A stretch of DNA of 64,000 nucleotides from Gloeobacterales cyanobacterium (lineage in GTDB: Bacteria; Cyanobacteriota; Cyanobacteriia; Gloeobacterales; PMM-0068). A model generated the notes under the pieces. It had not been told where the DNA came from, searched no databases, and saw nothing but the letters and a program-made list of their open reading frames with translations. Shown here piece by piece: positions 37,781-47,780 of the stretch (the stretch's first letter is position 1; every line of letters begins with the position of its first letter). Position numbers and translations under genes: made by a program. The DNA is taken from NCBI GenBank assembly GCA_038245785.1, contig JBBRSB010000002.1:256001-320000 (forward strand), given 5' to 3'.

Positions 37781-37813
37781 AAAAGCAGCGATCTATCTTA
37801 TCGCTGCTTTTTT
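37781..37813. terminator. Bidirectional intrinsic terminator
   Basis: aaaagcagcgat-ctatctt-atcgctgctttttt between gap2 and miaE. Confidence 0.8.
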
Positions 37814-37830
37814 CATGCTCAGGTGTTTTA

Positions 37831-38421
37831 TCAACTATGAACTCTTGGCTCCGGATGAAGTGTTTCTAGAATTTCGCTTTCTTTTTGACTGAGTTCACTA
37901 AGTCTTTGTTCTACCTGAGATACTGCGTAGTATTCATAGGCTAGGTCCAAGTAGAGATGCTTATGACGTTCTTCGGCAATACTCAAGAAGGCATAAAAAT
38001 CCTGCAGCTCTGGGTCTGGACAATTTTTGGCTAAGAGTTCTAGCCGCTCATGACTACGGGCTTCAATCAAGCAAGAAGTCAGCATGGAATCCAACAGACG
38101 ATTAGGTTCTTGGGTGCGAATCTCCTGTTTGAGCAAGTTTCCGTAGGGAGACGGTTTGAGGGTCTTCCAGACTACGCCTCGACATTCTAAGTGACGATTG
38201 ACCATCTGGAAATGCTGTAATTCCTCCCGCGCCAGCGTCGTCAGCGCTTCCACCAAAATTTGGTGATTGGGATACTGAAACAGGTAGCGCATCGCCGTAC
38301 CCGCTGCCTTTTTCTCACACTGAGCATGATCCAGAAGAATCAAATCCAGGTGGTTTAGGGCTTGAGTAAGCCATTTTGGTTGGGTTGGGGTGTGCAGGAG
38401 ATTCATTACGTACGTAGACAT
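37831..38421 (-). CDS. miaE: tRNA-(ms2io6A) hydroxylase MiaE
   Basis: DHAQCEKKAA, EELQHF, IEARSHER, EERH di-iron motifs. Confidence 0.92.
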   Translation of the reverse strand: MSTYVMNLLHTPTQPKWLTQALNHLDLILLDHAQCEKKAAGTAMRYLFQYPNHQILVEALTTLAREELQHFQMVNRHLECRGVVWKTLKPSPYGNLLKQEIRTQEPNRLLDSMLTSCLIEARSHERLELLAKNCPDPELQDFYAFLSIAEERHKHLYLDLAYEYYAVSQVEQRLSELSQKESEILETLHPEPRVHS

Positions 38422-38626
38422 CTTGCCTCAGCTAAAGCTTGAACGGCACTCCTACCAACGCTCACAGAGCATACACGTAGAATATTCAGTGCTTGCCCAC
38501 AGTTTAGCAATAATTGGTAAAGAGCTATCCAGATGAGCAGGGATGCATCTAGCCAAAGCAGATTTTATACTGTCTTCCTTGGCTTAACTGATTACACTGA
38601 GTAGAGAAAAAAGCTGGAGGTCCACT

Positions 38627-40123
38627 GTGTCCAATGTAAATGGTGTAATGATGCAGTACTTCCACTGGTATACGCCGCAGGACGGCAAACTATGGAATCA
38701 GTTTGCAGAATCTGCTGCGGATTTGGCCAAGGTTGGAGTCACCTCTGTTTGGCTACCGCCTGCTTATAAGGGAACGGCAGGTGGCATGGATGTCGGCTAT
38801 GGCGTCTATGATTTATTCGATTTGGGGGAATTCGACCAGAAAGGCTCCGTACGAACAAAGTATGGTACCAAAGATGAATATCTTAAGGGGATCAAAGCAG
38901 CAAAGGAAGCAGGTATTCGGGTCTATGCTGATGTTGTTTTCAATCACAAATTAGGAGCCGATGAAGAGGAAGAAGCCGAAGCTACCCCCTTCGATATGAA
39001 TGACCGCAATGCTCCGATTGGTGAATACCAAAAAGTCAAAACATGGACCAGCTTTACCTTTCCTGGCCGGGGCGATAAATACTCCAAAATGAAATGGCAT
39101 TGGTGGCATTTCACAGCAACGGACTACAATGCCTACAACAACAGTGGAAAAGCGGTCTTTTTGTTAAAAGGGAAAGATTTCGACCGTACTGTTGATCTGG
39201 AAAAAGGTAATTTTGACTATCTCATGGGCTGCGATCTGGATGTGAATCATCCTGAAGTGTCCGGGGAGTTGAAATACTGGAGTGAGTGGTATCTCGACAC
39301 CACAGATGTAGATGGCTTCCGGTTCGACGCTGTCAAACATGTCAAGGCAGAATTTTTCCAAGAGTGGCTAGAACATGCTCGAAACTATGTAAAGCGCGAC
39401 TTGTTCGCCGTTGGTGAATATTGGTCCTATGAAGTCGAAGCTCTGCACCACTTTGTGGAAGTTACTGATGGTAAAGTAAGCCTATTCGATGCTCCTCTCC
39501 ACTACAATTTCTCCACGGCCAGTAAGGCTGGTAATAACTATGACATCCGTAAAATTTTCGATGGCACCCTGGTCCAACACCAGCCCTCTCTGGCTGTTAC
39601 CTTAGTCGACAACCATGACTCTCAACCCTTGCAATCGCTAGAATCTGTTGTTGAAGATTGGTTTAAACCTTTGGCCTATGCCCTGATTCTGTTGCGCAAT
39701 GAGGGATATCCCTGTATTTTCTATGCTGATTACTATGGCGCCCACTACAAAGACAGAGGAAAAGATGGGAATGAGTACGAAATTTGGTTAAATAGTCATC
39801 GAGATATCCTCGATCAGTTGCTTGATGCGCGTCAGCACAATGCCTACGGTGAACAGTACGACTATTTTGACCATGCCAATACCATTGGCTGGACAAGACT
39901 GGGAGATGAAGAACATCCTGGAGGAATGGCGGTCGTTCTCAGTAATGGAGGTGAGGGTACTAAGTGGATGGAGGTCAAACAGCCCAATTCCACCTATGTT
40001 GATATCACCAAAAACATAAAGAAATCTGTCACTACCAATAAAGAGGGTTGGGCTGATTTTCGGTGTAAGGCTGGTTCTGTTTCTGTCTGGATTCCCAAGA
40101 AAAAAACATCAAACCAAAAATAG
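38627..40123 (+). CDS. amyA: Cytoplasmic alpha-amylase (GH13)
   Basis: MMQYFHWY, DVVFNH, GFRFDAVKH, VGEYW, VDNHD. Confidence 0.93.
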   Translation: MSNVNGVMMQYFHWYTPQDGKLWNQFAESAADLAKVGVTSVWLPPAYKGTAGGMDVGYGVYDLFDLGEFDQKGSVRTKYGTKDEYLKGIKAAKEAGIRVYADVVFNHKLGADEEEEAEATPFDMNDRNAPIGEYQKVKTWTSFTFPGRGDKYSKMKWHWWHFTATDYNAYNNSGKAVFLLKGKDFDRTVDLEKGNFDYLMGCDLDVNHPEVSGELKYWSEWYLDTTDVDGFRFDAVKHVKAEFFQEWLEHARNYVKRDLFAVGEYWSYEVEALHHFVEVTDGKVSLFDAPLHYNFSTASKAGNNYDIRKIFDGTLVQHQPSLAVTLVDNHDSQPLQSLESVVEDWFKPLAYALILLRNEGYPCIFYADYYGAHYKDRGKDGNEYEIWLNSHRDILDQLLDARQHNAYGEQYDYFDHANTIGWTRLGDEEHPGGMAVVLSNGGEGTKWMEVKQPNSTYVDITKNIKKSVTTNKEGWADFRCKAGSVSVWIPKKKTSNQK

Positions 40124-40136
40124 CCGATACCAAATC

Positions 40137-40167
40137 TACAGGGGCGCAAGGTCTTGTGCCCCTATGG
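40137..40167. repeat. REP-like hairpin
   Basis: aggggcgcaag-gt-cttgtgcccct, the GTAGGGGCGCAAGG..GCCCCTAC type common in cyanobacteria. Confidence 0.55.
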
Positions 40168-40214
40168 GATAACACCCATAAATGCCTGCCCTGCACAGAC
40201 AGGCAAACGGCCCA

Positions 40215-40244
40215 AAAAACCTGCTCATTCTTGGGCAGGTTTTT
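40215..40244. terminator. Bidirectional intrinsic terminator
   Basis: aaaaacctgctca-ttct-tgggcaggttttt between convergent genes. Confidence 0.7.
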
Positions 40245-40262
40245 GCATATTCTCAAATTCAC

Positions 40263-41987
40263 TTAAGCGCGGGTCACAATCGCCGTAAAGCCTTGAGCAA
40301 TGAGCTGTTTGATAATCTGTTGAGCGCTGGACTGGGAAGAGAATACGCCAACTTGGAGTACTTTTCGCCCTTCATATTCCCGATGAAAGGGATTTTTCAC
40401 GAATTGCTTGAGCTTCTTCAAATCTGGAGAAGCATTCGTGATCAAGACTCTAAATTTACCGTTTCCCACGCGTGTTGGTGTGACTGCAGCCACTTCAGAC
40501 TTTGGTGGTGTGGGCTTGAAAGTGACCGTCTGGGCTGTCGGTTGTGTCGGTTGAGGTTGGGCCGGACGAACCGAAGTGTTGCCAAACTGTGGTGGCTGTG
40601 GTTTGTTGAGTGGCGCTGGCGGCGCAGAGAAAGTCCCTGCAGGACTTTGAGACTGGCGAACAGGAGGAGTCACAGCAGGTTGAGCTTGAGGAGGAAGGGG
40701 CTTAGCCGCTGGAGCCTGGGCATTTCCAGGAATTGCAGGAGGCAGAGGCTTCGGAAGTATTGGAGGAGCGGGAGGAGGGGTCGTTGGGGCAGGCAACGTT
40801 GGCGTTGTTGCTGCTTGGGGTTTGGGTAGAGGGAACTGGCTAGGAGGTTGGGGGGGAAGAGAAAGAGGCTTGGGCGGAAGAGGCTTCTGACCGGCAGCTT
40901 TAGGCGATGTTGTAGTTGTAGCGGTCGGTGCAGTGGTTGGAACGACCACTGACGCAGAAGGAAGTGCAAGAGCACTCTTGGCTGCTATTAAAACCGTACT
41001 GCTATCTCCCTGAATGCTGCCCAAAAGCTTCGGTTTAGCCGTGTACTCGTTGCCAAGCGCCGTAATAGAGATTTGTGGGCGAGTGGCATTGTTAATGTCT
41101 GACTTGAGGTTGCCCTGGAAATAGTTAGCGCCTCGTTCTGTTGCTGTACCCAAATTAGGCTGAGCTTCACCCACAATTGCAATCCCACTACGGCGGTTGC
41201 GCTCGATACGGTTACCTCGGAGGGTAGGCGTCGATTTCCCTAAAATGACAATCCCATCGGCATTATTGACAACCACATTGTCTTTGACCACAGGACTGCT
41301 CTTTTCATCGATATTGAGCGCAAATCCAGTGTCTTCAAAGACATTTCCCTGAATCAGTGGATTAGCCATACGTAGCATCGTGACGCCATCGGATGGATTC
41401 TTGTAGAAGAAATTTTCTGTGATTTTACCCCCGGCCGTACCTGTCAGCATAATGCCATCATTCCCGGAGCCTGTAAGGGTATTACGATTGATTGTCGGGT
41501 CTGTTCCTTCGACCCAAATCCCATAACCTCTTTTTTGCGGGTTAGAAATAGTCAATCCTTGAATCGTCGTTCCCTTTTGGGCAACGATACCAACAATTTG
41601 GCCTGCGACCGTAGGACTGAGGAATTTCCCACCCCCTTGTACCAACGTATCTTTGCCACGATCACTGACATTGCCTTGGAGTGTTATGCCAGAACGGACA
41701 ACAAGAGGAAAGACTTCGCCATTCACTTCATCATATTTTCCCGGTTGCACTTGAATGACGGTGCCTGGAACAGCAGCTTGCAGTGCAGCAGTAATCGTCT
41801 TATAGGGCGCTTGGGCATTTCCTGGGCCAGCATTATTGCCTTTTACTGCATCTACATAAAGGGTAGTTACAGCTTGAGCCTGCACTTGCTGGAAGTTTTC
41901 CAATCCCCTGTGAGGCACAGGTACGAAGGAGATTCCAAGAGAGAAACTGAGCGCTAAAGAAGAAATCAGAAGTGAACGGGTACGCAT
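40263..41987 (-). CDS. DUF1565 beta-helix protein with Pro-rich linker and SPOR-like C-terminus
   Basis: LYVD...APYKTITAAL...GEVFPL; parallel beta-helix repeats; LQVGVFSSQSSAQ; ATG 41987. Confidence 0.82.
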   Translation of the reverse strand: MRTRSLLISSLALSFSLGISFVPVPHRGLENFQQVQAQAVTTLYVDAVKGNNAGPGNAQAPYKTITAALQAAVPGTVIQVQPGKYDEVNGEVFPLVVRSGITLQGNVSDRGKDTLVQGGGKFLSPTVAGQIVGIVAQKGTTIQGLTISNPQKRGYGIWVEGTDPTINRNTLTGSGNDGIMLTGTAGGKITENFFYKNPSDGVTMLRMANPLIQGNVFEDTGFALNIDEKSSPVVKDNVVVNNADGIVILGKSTPTLRGNRIERNRRSGIAIVGEAQPNLGTATERGANYFQGNLKSDINNATRPQISITALGNEYTAKPKLLGSIQGDSSTVLIAAKSALALPSASVVVPTTAPTATTTTSPKAAGQKPLPPKPLSLPPQPPSQFPLPKPQAATTPTLPAPTTPPPAPPILPKPLPPAIPGNAQAPAAKPLPPQAQPAVTPPVRQSQSPAGTFSAPPAPLNKPQPPQFGNTSVRPAQPQPTQPTAQTVTFKPTPPKSEVAAVTPTRVGNGKFRVLITNASPDLKKLKQFVKNPFHREYEGRKVLQVGVFSSQSSAQQIIKQLIAQGFTAIVTRA

Positions 41988-42250
41988 AAAATCCTCACAG
42001 GGTTTTACGATAGGATTAGACAAGTAGTTATGCAATTAATATTACCAGATAATATGTATTCTGCATGGCAAAATACTGCTCTGGGTCAACCTTTCATTGA
42101 ATGAAATGAGTTGATAGATCTAGGCTAAAATCGATTCATAGCTGTCTGTTTAGATGAATCGCATAGCTAAAGTTTCAGGGCCTTTAGCACCCTGTTAAAC
42201 TAAATGTTGAGTTTCTTAAAAGTAAGAATCTAGGTTAATTTGAATACGAT

Positions 42251-43315
42251 GTGTTTAAAAAGGACAGTGTATTGGCTCCTCTGGTTCCCGAAAAAGCTCT
42301 CCTGCGTATTCTTGACGCCAATCTAGACCGCGCTCGTGAAGGTATTCGCGTTGTAGAAGAATGGGCTCGATTTGCCTTAGAAAATGGGACTTTAGTAGGA
42401 GAATGTAAGTCTCTCCGCCATGAGCTAGCCATTCTTCAATCCCGAGAGATTTGTCAGGGTCGCAATACGCCAGACGATCCAGGAACGTCCTTGACCCATC
42501 CAGGGGAAGAAAAGCGTGCGAGTCCTCATGGAGTGATCCGAGCCAACTTTGTCCGTGTCCAGGAAGCCCTCAGAGTCTTAGAAGAGTATGGCAAACTCTA
42601 TGATGCTTCGTTCACCACGCGCATCAAAAATCTACGCTATCGCGTCTACAGCCTTGAACAGGCCTTTAGCGAAACGATGTCTCGCTCTCGGAACATACTC
42701 TCCCAAAGCCTTCTCTATCTAGTAACCTCACCCCGCAAAGACCTGCTTGAAGTTGTAGAACAGGCTCTCATCGGCGGTGTCCGTATGGTGCAGTTGCGGG
42801 AAAAGAATAGTACAGACACTGAAATTCTCCGTTTGGGACGCTCCCTTCGAAAGCTTTGTACAGAGCATGACGCCCTCCTGATCATCAATGACCGTCCAGA
42901 TTTAGCTTTGGAACTTGCATGTGATGGGGTTCATATGGGTCAGGAGGATGGAGGGGTGGCTATTGCTCGGCGCATTCTCGGTCCTGACATCTTAGTGGGC
43001 CGTTCTACCCATCATCCTTCTGAGGCCAAGGCGGCTTTGACTGAAGGTGCTGACTATATTGGGATAGGGCCTGTGTATGCAACCCCAACGAAAGAGGGTC
43101 GAGAGCCTGTAGGTTTGGAATATGTGCACTACTGTGCAGAACAGATTGCTTTACCAGGGTTTGCCATTGGCGGCATTGATTTAGAAAATGTAGATAAGGT
43201 GCTCCAGGCTGGTGGGACGCGGGTTGCCGTCGTCCGCGCTATCATGGACTCCCCCGACCCTAAACACACTACCCAACAGTTTTTAGAGAAGCTCCATGGT
43301 CAGCCTCAAGGTTAA
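42251..43315 (+). CDS. thiE: Thiamine-phosphate synthase, cyanobacterial long form
   Basis: RILDANLDRAREGIRVVEE, VQLREK, INDR, GVHMGQED, GPVYATPTK, FAIGGI. Confidence 0.95.
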   Translation: MFKKDSVLAPLVPEKALLRILDANLDRAREGIRVVEEWARFALENGTLVGECKSLRHELAILQSREICQGRNTPDDPGTSLTHPGEEKRASPHGVIRANFVRVQEALRVLEEYGKLYDASFTTRIKNLRYRVYSLEQAFSETMSRSRNILSQSLLYLVTSPRKDLLEVVEQALIGGVRMVQLREKNSTDTEILRLGRSLRKLCTEHDALLIINDRPDLALELACDGVHMGQEDGGVAIARRILGPDILVGRSTHHPSEAKAALTEGADYIGIGPVYATPTKEGREPVGLEYVHYCAEQIALPGFAIGGIDLENVDKVLQAGGTRVAVVRAIMDSPDPKHTTQQFLEKLHGQPQG

Positions 43316-43499
43316 TGGTGAATCCCACGAATGCCCCCCATCCACCACAGTTTTGGGCCTTCTAGAACAACTCTCCTTCCCGCCCCAACTGGTTGTTATT
43401 GAATACAATCGCGATATTCTTCATCGCCAAGATTGGGCCGAAACTGAGGTCAAGGCCGGGGATGTATTTGAAATCGTCACCGTAGTTGGTGGCGGCTAG
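43296..43499 (+). CDS. thiS: Sulfur carrier ThiS
   Basis: VNGE...EIVTVVGGG. Confidence 0.95.
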   Translation: MVSLKVNGESHECPPSTTVLGLLEQLSFPPQLVVIEYNRDILHRQDWAETEVKAGDVFEIVTVVGGG

Positions 43500-43870
43500 A
43501 AATCGTCCATATCGGGGCTGGGCATGGAGCCATCATCTCCACCAGCGCCTTCTTTACGGCTACCCAGAAGCTCCAGACGCTCTACCTTAATCACAGGCCG
43601 CTCTCTGGCTTCGCCGCTGGTTCGGTCATTCCAGCGCTGCATATTCAAAGCACCCGTGATACCAATCAGAGAGCCTTTACGCACATATTCGCCCGCCACT
43701 TCCGCTGTTCGACTCCACATCTCTAAGGTGAACCAATCAGGCTGCTCATCCTTTTTCGTATTCCGGTTTACGGCCAGTGAAAAGGAGCACTTCACCGAAC
43801 CAGATTCAAAATATTTCATCTCCGGATCGCTTCCGGCACGGCCAACGAGGGTCACAAGGTTCAGGGTCAT
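43496..43870 (-). CDS. ssb: Single-stranded DNA-binding protein
   Basis: NLVTLVGRAGSDPE, YVRKGSLIGITG, acidic tail ending DF. Confidence 0.95.
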   Translation of the reverse strand: MTLNLVTLVGRAGSDPEMKYFESGSVKCSFSLAVNRNTKKDEQPDWFTLEMWSRTAEVAGEYVRKGSLIGITGALNMQRWNDRTSGEARERPVIKVERLELLGSRKEGAGGDDGSMPSPDMDDF

Positions 43871-43900
43871 AGGAATGGGGTAAAGCTAGAAGCATTATAG

Positions 43901-44029
43901 ACCCCTCCGCCTTGTCGGCACGTGTACAAAAGCTCTGCTTACAGCTTGCTGGGTGCCTGCTTCGCTTAGTGCCTGCCGGACACGGCACATCCCCACTCTG
44001 CGAGAAGGCTACGCCTAGTGAGGGGGGGC
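43901..44029. repeat. Composite REP-like repeat with nested insertions
   Basis: CGGCAC direct repeat at 43916-43921 and 43983-43988; reverse-strand variant of the SDR-like core at about 43995-44017. Confidence 0.6.
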
Positions 44030-44122
44030 TTCGTCGTCAGCGATTCTCTTAAAACATATGACTTTTGACTTTGAGCTCTAGTAAATCACCCACTTGCTAT
44101 CTTGCTAGATATGCCAACATAT

Positions 44123-44148
44123 ATAGGTACAACCTAGGTTGTACCTAT
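44123..44148. promoter_or_regulatory. Perfect 26-bp palindrome, probable antitoxin operator
   Basis: ataggtacaacct|aggttgtacctat, 13 bp before the antitoxin ATG. Confidence 0.7.
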
Positions 44149-44161
44149 CAGAGAGGCTGCT

Positions 44162-44371
44162 ATGAAACGAACGTTATACATTCCAGACGAACTCTGGAGC
44201 CAGCTTGAGGAATACTTGAAGAACCATCCAGAGCAAAACCCATCTAGTCTGATACAGGTGGCTCTTGAGGAGAAATTACGCCCTAAAAATGCTTCAAGAC
44301 TCTTGGAACTGGCAGGCATTGTAGAAAATGCACCACCTGATGCATCGGTTAACGAAGACTATCTGAGATGA
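44162..44371 (+). CDS. Ribbon-helix-helix antitoxin
   Basis: MKRTLYIPDELW...SSLIQVALEE; overlaps the PIN gene. Confidence 0.8.
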   Translation: MKRTLYIPDELWSQLEEYLKNHPEQNPSSLIQVALEEKLRPKNASRLLELAGIVENAPPDASVNEDYLR

Positions 44372-44775
44372 AACGGCTCGTTCTAGATGCTGGACCACTC
44401 ATTGCTCTGTTTTCCGCCAAGGACGATTACCACGAGCAGTGTAAGGCTGGTTTTGGCAAACTGCCTGGTTTATTTAACGAGGTTCTGACTCCCTTGCCCA
44501 TTCTATTCGAAGTCTATAAATTCATATGTCGGGAACAGTCTTCTAAAGTAGCTCAAACTGCATTGGCGGGCATTTATGAAGAGACTTTAGTGGTACCGCT
44601 GGAGATGAAAATGTTTCAGGAAATCTATAACCTTGTACTGCAGATGCCTGAGTGGAAGGGCAGTTTAGAAGATGCTTCAGTGGTAATCACAGCCCAACGG
44701 TATGAGGCGAGCGTATGGACGTTGGACTATCGAGACTTAAGTTGGTTCAAGAATTTGGAGCTCTGGACACCTTAG
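44368..44775 (+). CDS. PIN-domain (VapC-like) toxin
   Basis: LVLDAGPLIA, ILFEV, SLEDAS, WTLDYRD. Confidence 0.88.
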   Translation: MKRLVLDAGPLIALFSAKDDYHEQCKAGFGKLPGLFNEVLTPLPILFEVYKFICREQSSKVAQTALAGIYEETLVVPLEMKMFQEIYNLVLQMPEWKGSLEDASVVITAQRYEASVWTLDYRDLSWFKNLELWTP

Positions 44776-45132
44776 CAAATTACTTTCCTACTTCTATGAA
44801 GTTATAAATGGGAGGATAAATAAAACTGAACGCAGAAAGAAGTCCTAACCTTATCTTGTCAGTCAGAATGAAACCCACCAACTAAATATACTCTGGTCAA
44901 TAGTTTATTGTCTTCTAACTTGATAAATAGTTTTGTACTTTTAGTCCCTATTGGCTCTGCTTTGATGCATCCCTTTTAATTTCTTGAAGCTTAATGAGAG
45001 CTAATGAAAAAGGAATTTGCATATATCTCCGATTGAACACTCTTGGATAACTTAAAAGTTATTTAAACTAGCCGTCTTGGACACATTTAAGTTATCATAT
45101 AGGTGTATGAAGATAATATCTTTTGTTGCCTG

Positions 45133-45594
45133 ATGCTTAAAGACACCACCATCGCACGCCAGCAGCTTGATAAGCGCTTTGCCAGAATGTCGCTCGATCT
45201 TTTCACCCGACCTCCCCGTGGCTGGATTCGGGCGATCCGAGACAGTTTAGGGATGACAGCAAACCAACTGGCTGTACGTTTGGGTGTTTCTAAGACACGG
45301 GTTGTGGTTATGGAAAAAGGGGAGGTCGAGGGCAGCTTAACTCTGAAATCCCTGGAAAGAGCAGCTGAGGCATTAGACTGTACCCTCATCTATACATTGG
45401 TTCCTAACCGCACTTTAGAAGAGATAGTTCACGACCAGGCTAGGGTTATTGCCTCAGAAAGATTGGCTGCGGTGGAGCATTCAATGCAACTTGAAAATCA
45501 AGCAGTTCCTACTAGCGATTCAAAAAGGCACCTAGACCAATTGATCGAGCAGATCTTACGTGATGAGATTCGAAGGTTGTGGGACCGTTCATGA
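45133..45594 (+). CDS. Mobile mystery protein A (XRE HTH)
   Basis: RPPRGWIRAIRDSLGMT..QLA, TLKSLERAAEALDC, HSMQLENQ. Confidence 0.9.
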   Translation: MLKDTTIARQQLDKRFARMSLDLFTRPPRGWIRAIRDSLGMTANQLAVRLGVSKTRVVVMEKGEVEGSLTLKSLERAAEALDCTLIYTLVPNRTLEEIVHDQARVIASERLAAVEHSMQLENQAVPTSDSKRHLDQLIEQILRDEIRRLWDRS

Positions 45595-46178
45595 GCGACT
45601 TGTTGGAAGCAGATGATGCCGCCACACCTCTGACGCCAGAAGAAATGCAAGCGCTAATCCCTACGTATATCACATTACGAAGTGAACTTAACGAAGCCGA
45701 ACAACAGGGCATCCTTGCTGCCGAGCGTTGGGCCTTTAGTAAGCAACACAAAGATTTACTTGGCGAGAAGCTTCTGCGCGACCTGCATCGACGCATGTTT
45801 AAAGATGTATGGCATTGGGCAGGGCAGTATCGCAAGACAGCCAGGAGTATCGGGATAGATGCATGGCAAATCTCCACCAATTTGAGGTTACTCCTTGATG
45901 ATGCGCACTTCTGGATAGACAAACATACTTATCCATGTGATGAAATCGCTGTACGCTTTCACCACCGCTTAGTGTTCATTCACCCTTTTCCCAATGGGAA
46001 TGGACGCCATGCACGGCTGATGACCGACCTCCTTATTGTCCAGTTACAAGGCAAACGATTTACATGGGGTAGAACAAGTCTGGCTACAACAAGTGACACC
46101 CGAAAAAGCTATATTGAAGCTCTCCAAACTGCTGACCAAGGCAATATTATGCCGCTACTTACTTTTGCGCGTTCCTAA
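45591..46178 (+). CDS. Mobile mystery protein B (Fic domain)
   Basis: ATPLTPEE, ELNEAE, HPFPNGNGRHAR. Confidence 0.92.
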   Translation: MSDLLEADDAATPLTPEEMQALIPTYITLRSELNEAEQQGILAAERWAFSKQHKDLLGEKLLRDLHRRMFKDVWHWAGQYRKTARSIGIDAWQISTNLRLLLDDAHFWIDKHTYPCDEIAVRFHHRLVFIHPFPNGNGRHARLMTDLLIVQLQGKRFTWGRTSLATTSDTRKSYIEALQTADQGNIMPLLTFARS

Positions 46179-46219
46179 CTTTTCCAGCAGAAAATATCTT
46201 ACTTTCATTACAGAGCTTG

Positions 46220-46318
46220 CCCCTAAATCCCCCAATACTGGGGGACTTTGAATTGGCATATAGGGTCTAAAAAGAAGAGTAGGATGCTTCTCCCCCCAAA
46301 GTTGGGGGGCTGGGGGGC
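46220..46318. repeat. Paired cyanobacterial REP/MITE-like hairpins
   Basis: cccctaaatcccccaatactgggggac ... tccccccaaagttggggggctgggggg. Confidence 0.6.
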
Positions 46319-46394
46319 ATTTTGCATAAATCTGTACGATAAATAGAGCAACCGATTGGGTAAACTAATTGAGTCAATTAGAGTCTGAGAAGAA

Positions 46395-46640
46395 ATGTAC
46401 TCTGCAATAATCCAGGAACTAATAGAGAGACTTCAAAAGGGAAAAGTCAGGTTTACATTCATAAAGGCAGACGGGAGTTTAAGGGAGGCCTATGGCACCA
46501 AAGTCTTAGACTTTGTTCCCTTCAATAAGCATCCTCAAGGTGCAAAGAAACCGAGTGACGATGTAATCACATTCTTTGATCTTGAGAAAAATGAATGGAA
46601 ATCCTTGAAAAGAAATACCAATGTAAGCATTTTGGATTGA
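46395..46640 (+). CDS. SH3 beta-barrel (DUF2693/WYL_2-like) protein
   Basis: VRFTFIKADGSLREAYGT...FFDLEKNEWKS. Confidence 0.8.
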   Translation: MYSAIIQELIERLQKGKVRFTFIKADGSLREAYGTKVLDFVPFNKHPQGAKKPSDDVITFFDLEKNEWKSLKRNTNVSILD

Positions 46641-46674
46641 CCAAAATATTTATCTCCACAACCATAGTATGGTG

Positions 46675-47718
46675 TTACGCATCTTCCTCTTCATCCACCC
46701 AAATTTGGCCTGTATGGGCTGCTAATTTCTGGCGTTCCGTTCGTTTGGACTGAGCACGATGAATACTCTTCAGCTTGGGAATAGCCTTATTGCCAGAAGT
46801 TTGAGACAAGACTTTTTCTGCAGATTCCACATCCGCTGTATCCGATTGGATTTGCCATTTCTGCTCTGCTTCTTTCAGGGCATCCAGATAATATTCATGA
46901 CGTTCTAGTTTTGCTGCGCGTACAGCACAATCCGGCTCATCTCGATGCAGGCAGTCCCGGAAACGACAGTCCGCCACATAGGGACGGAACTCCGGGAACA
47001 GATGGGCTACTTGCTGGGGATCACAGGATAGTTCTAGTTGGCTGAATCCTGGGGTATCGGCGACATAGCCCCCTTTTGGTAGCGCAAAAAGTTCCACATG
47101 GCGGGTAGTATGTTTGCCTCTGCCCATATAGTCAGAAACTTCTCCTGTTCTCAGCTTCAAACCAGGACAGAGGCGATTGAGCAGCGACGATTTACCAGCT
47201 CCAGAGGGACCGGCCAAAACTGTAATACTTCCTTGGAATGCGGATTCTAGAGCTTCAAAACCTCGCTTTTCGACAGCACTGACCGCAAGACCTTGATAGC
47301 CCCAGCGAGCCACCTGAGCCAGGATTTCCTTCTCTTGCAGCGCATCCACTAGGTCTACTTTATTAATGCAAACCAGCGCTTTGAGTCCGCTATTCTCCAC
47401 CAAATTCAGAAAGCGACTTAATACTACGGGCTCAAAAGCAGGTTGCTGGGTGGAAACCACCACAAGCACTTGGTCAGCATTAGCCACCGCCGGACGGTCC
47501 AGCGAAGAAGTGCGCGGGAGAATTCCGGCAATCGCTCCCCGTCCATCTTCCCAATCCGGTTCTTGGACCTCTACACGGTCTCCGACAAAAACCTGTTGTC
47601 CTGTCTTGCGCAAGCGACTGCGGACCTTACATAAAAGCTTTTCGCAGGGCCAAGCTCCAGAATCTAGCGTGACCCAATAGTAATTAGCGAGTAATGCCGT
47701 GACTGTACCGATGAGCAA
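46675..47718 (-). CDS. rsgA: Ribosome small subunit-dependent GTPase RsgA
   Basis: VGDRV, NKVD, GPSGAGKSS, GKHTT, DTPG, CRFRDCLHRDEPDC. Confidence 0.96.
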   Translation of the reverse strand: MLIGTVTALLANYYWVTLDSGAWPCEKLLCKVRSRLRKTGQQVFVGDRVEVQEPDWEDGRGAIAGILPRTSSLDRPAVANADQVLVVVSTQQPAFEPVVLSRFLNLVENSGLKALVCINKVDLVDALQEKEILAQVARWGYQGLAVSAVEKRGFEALESAFQGSITVLAGPSGAGKSSLLNRLCPGLKLRTGEVSDYMGRGKHTTRHVELFALPKGGYVADTPGFSQLELSCDPQQVAHLFPEFRPYVADCRFRDCLHRDEPDCAVRAAKLERHEYYLDALKEAEQKWQIQSDTADVESAEKVLSQTSGNKAIPKLKSIHRAQSKRTERQKLAAHTGQIWVDEEEDA

Positions 47719-47780
47719 AATAGCAACGTAACCATAACTTCTTCTATTGTGCCTGTTCGGAGAGTCAGTACACTAATCCA

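Noticed and set aside
40182..40829. 215-aa Arg-rich ORF
   Set aside because: Antisense shadow of the Pro-rich linker of the DUF1565 gene.
42036..42250. TPP riboswitch upstream of thiE
   Set aside because: Conserved CTGAGA and CCTGA...TAAT elements are absent.
44776..45100. Possible gene remnant in AT-rich spacer
   Set aside because: Only short open stretches and no recognisable homology.
45085..45112. dif-like site (ATTTAAGTTAT-N6-GGTGTATGAAG)
   Set aside because: One arm has several mismatches to the XerD consensus and the other does not match; not repeated elsewhere.
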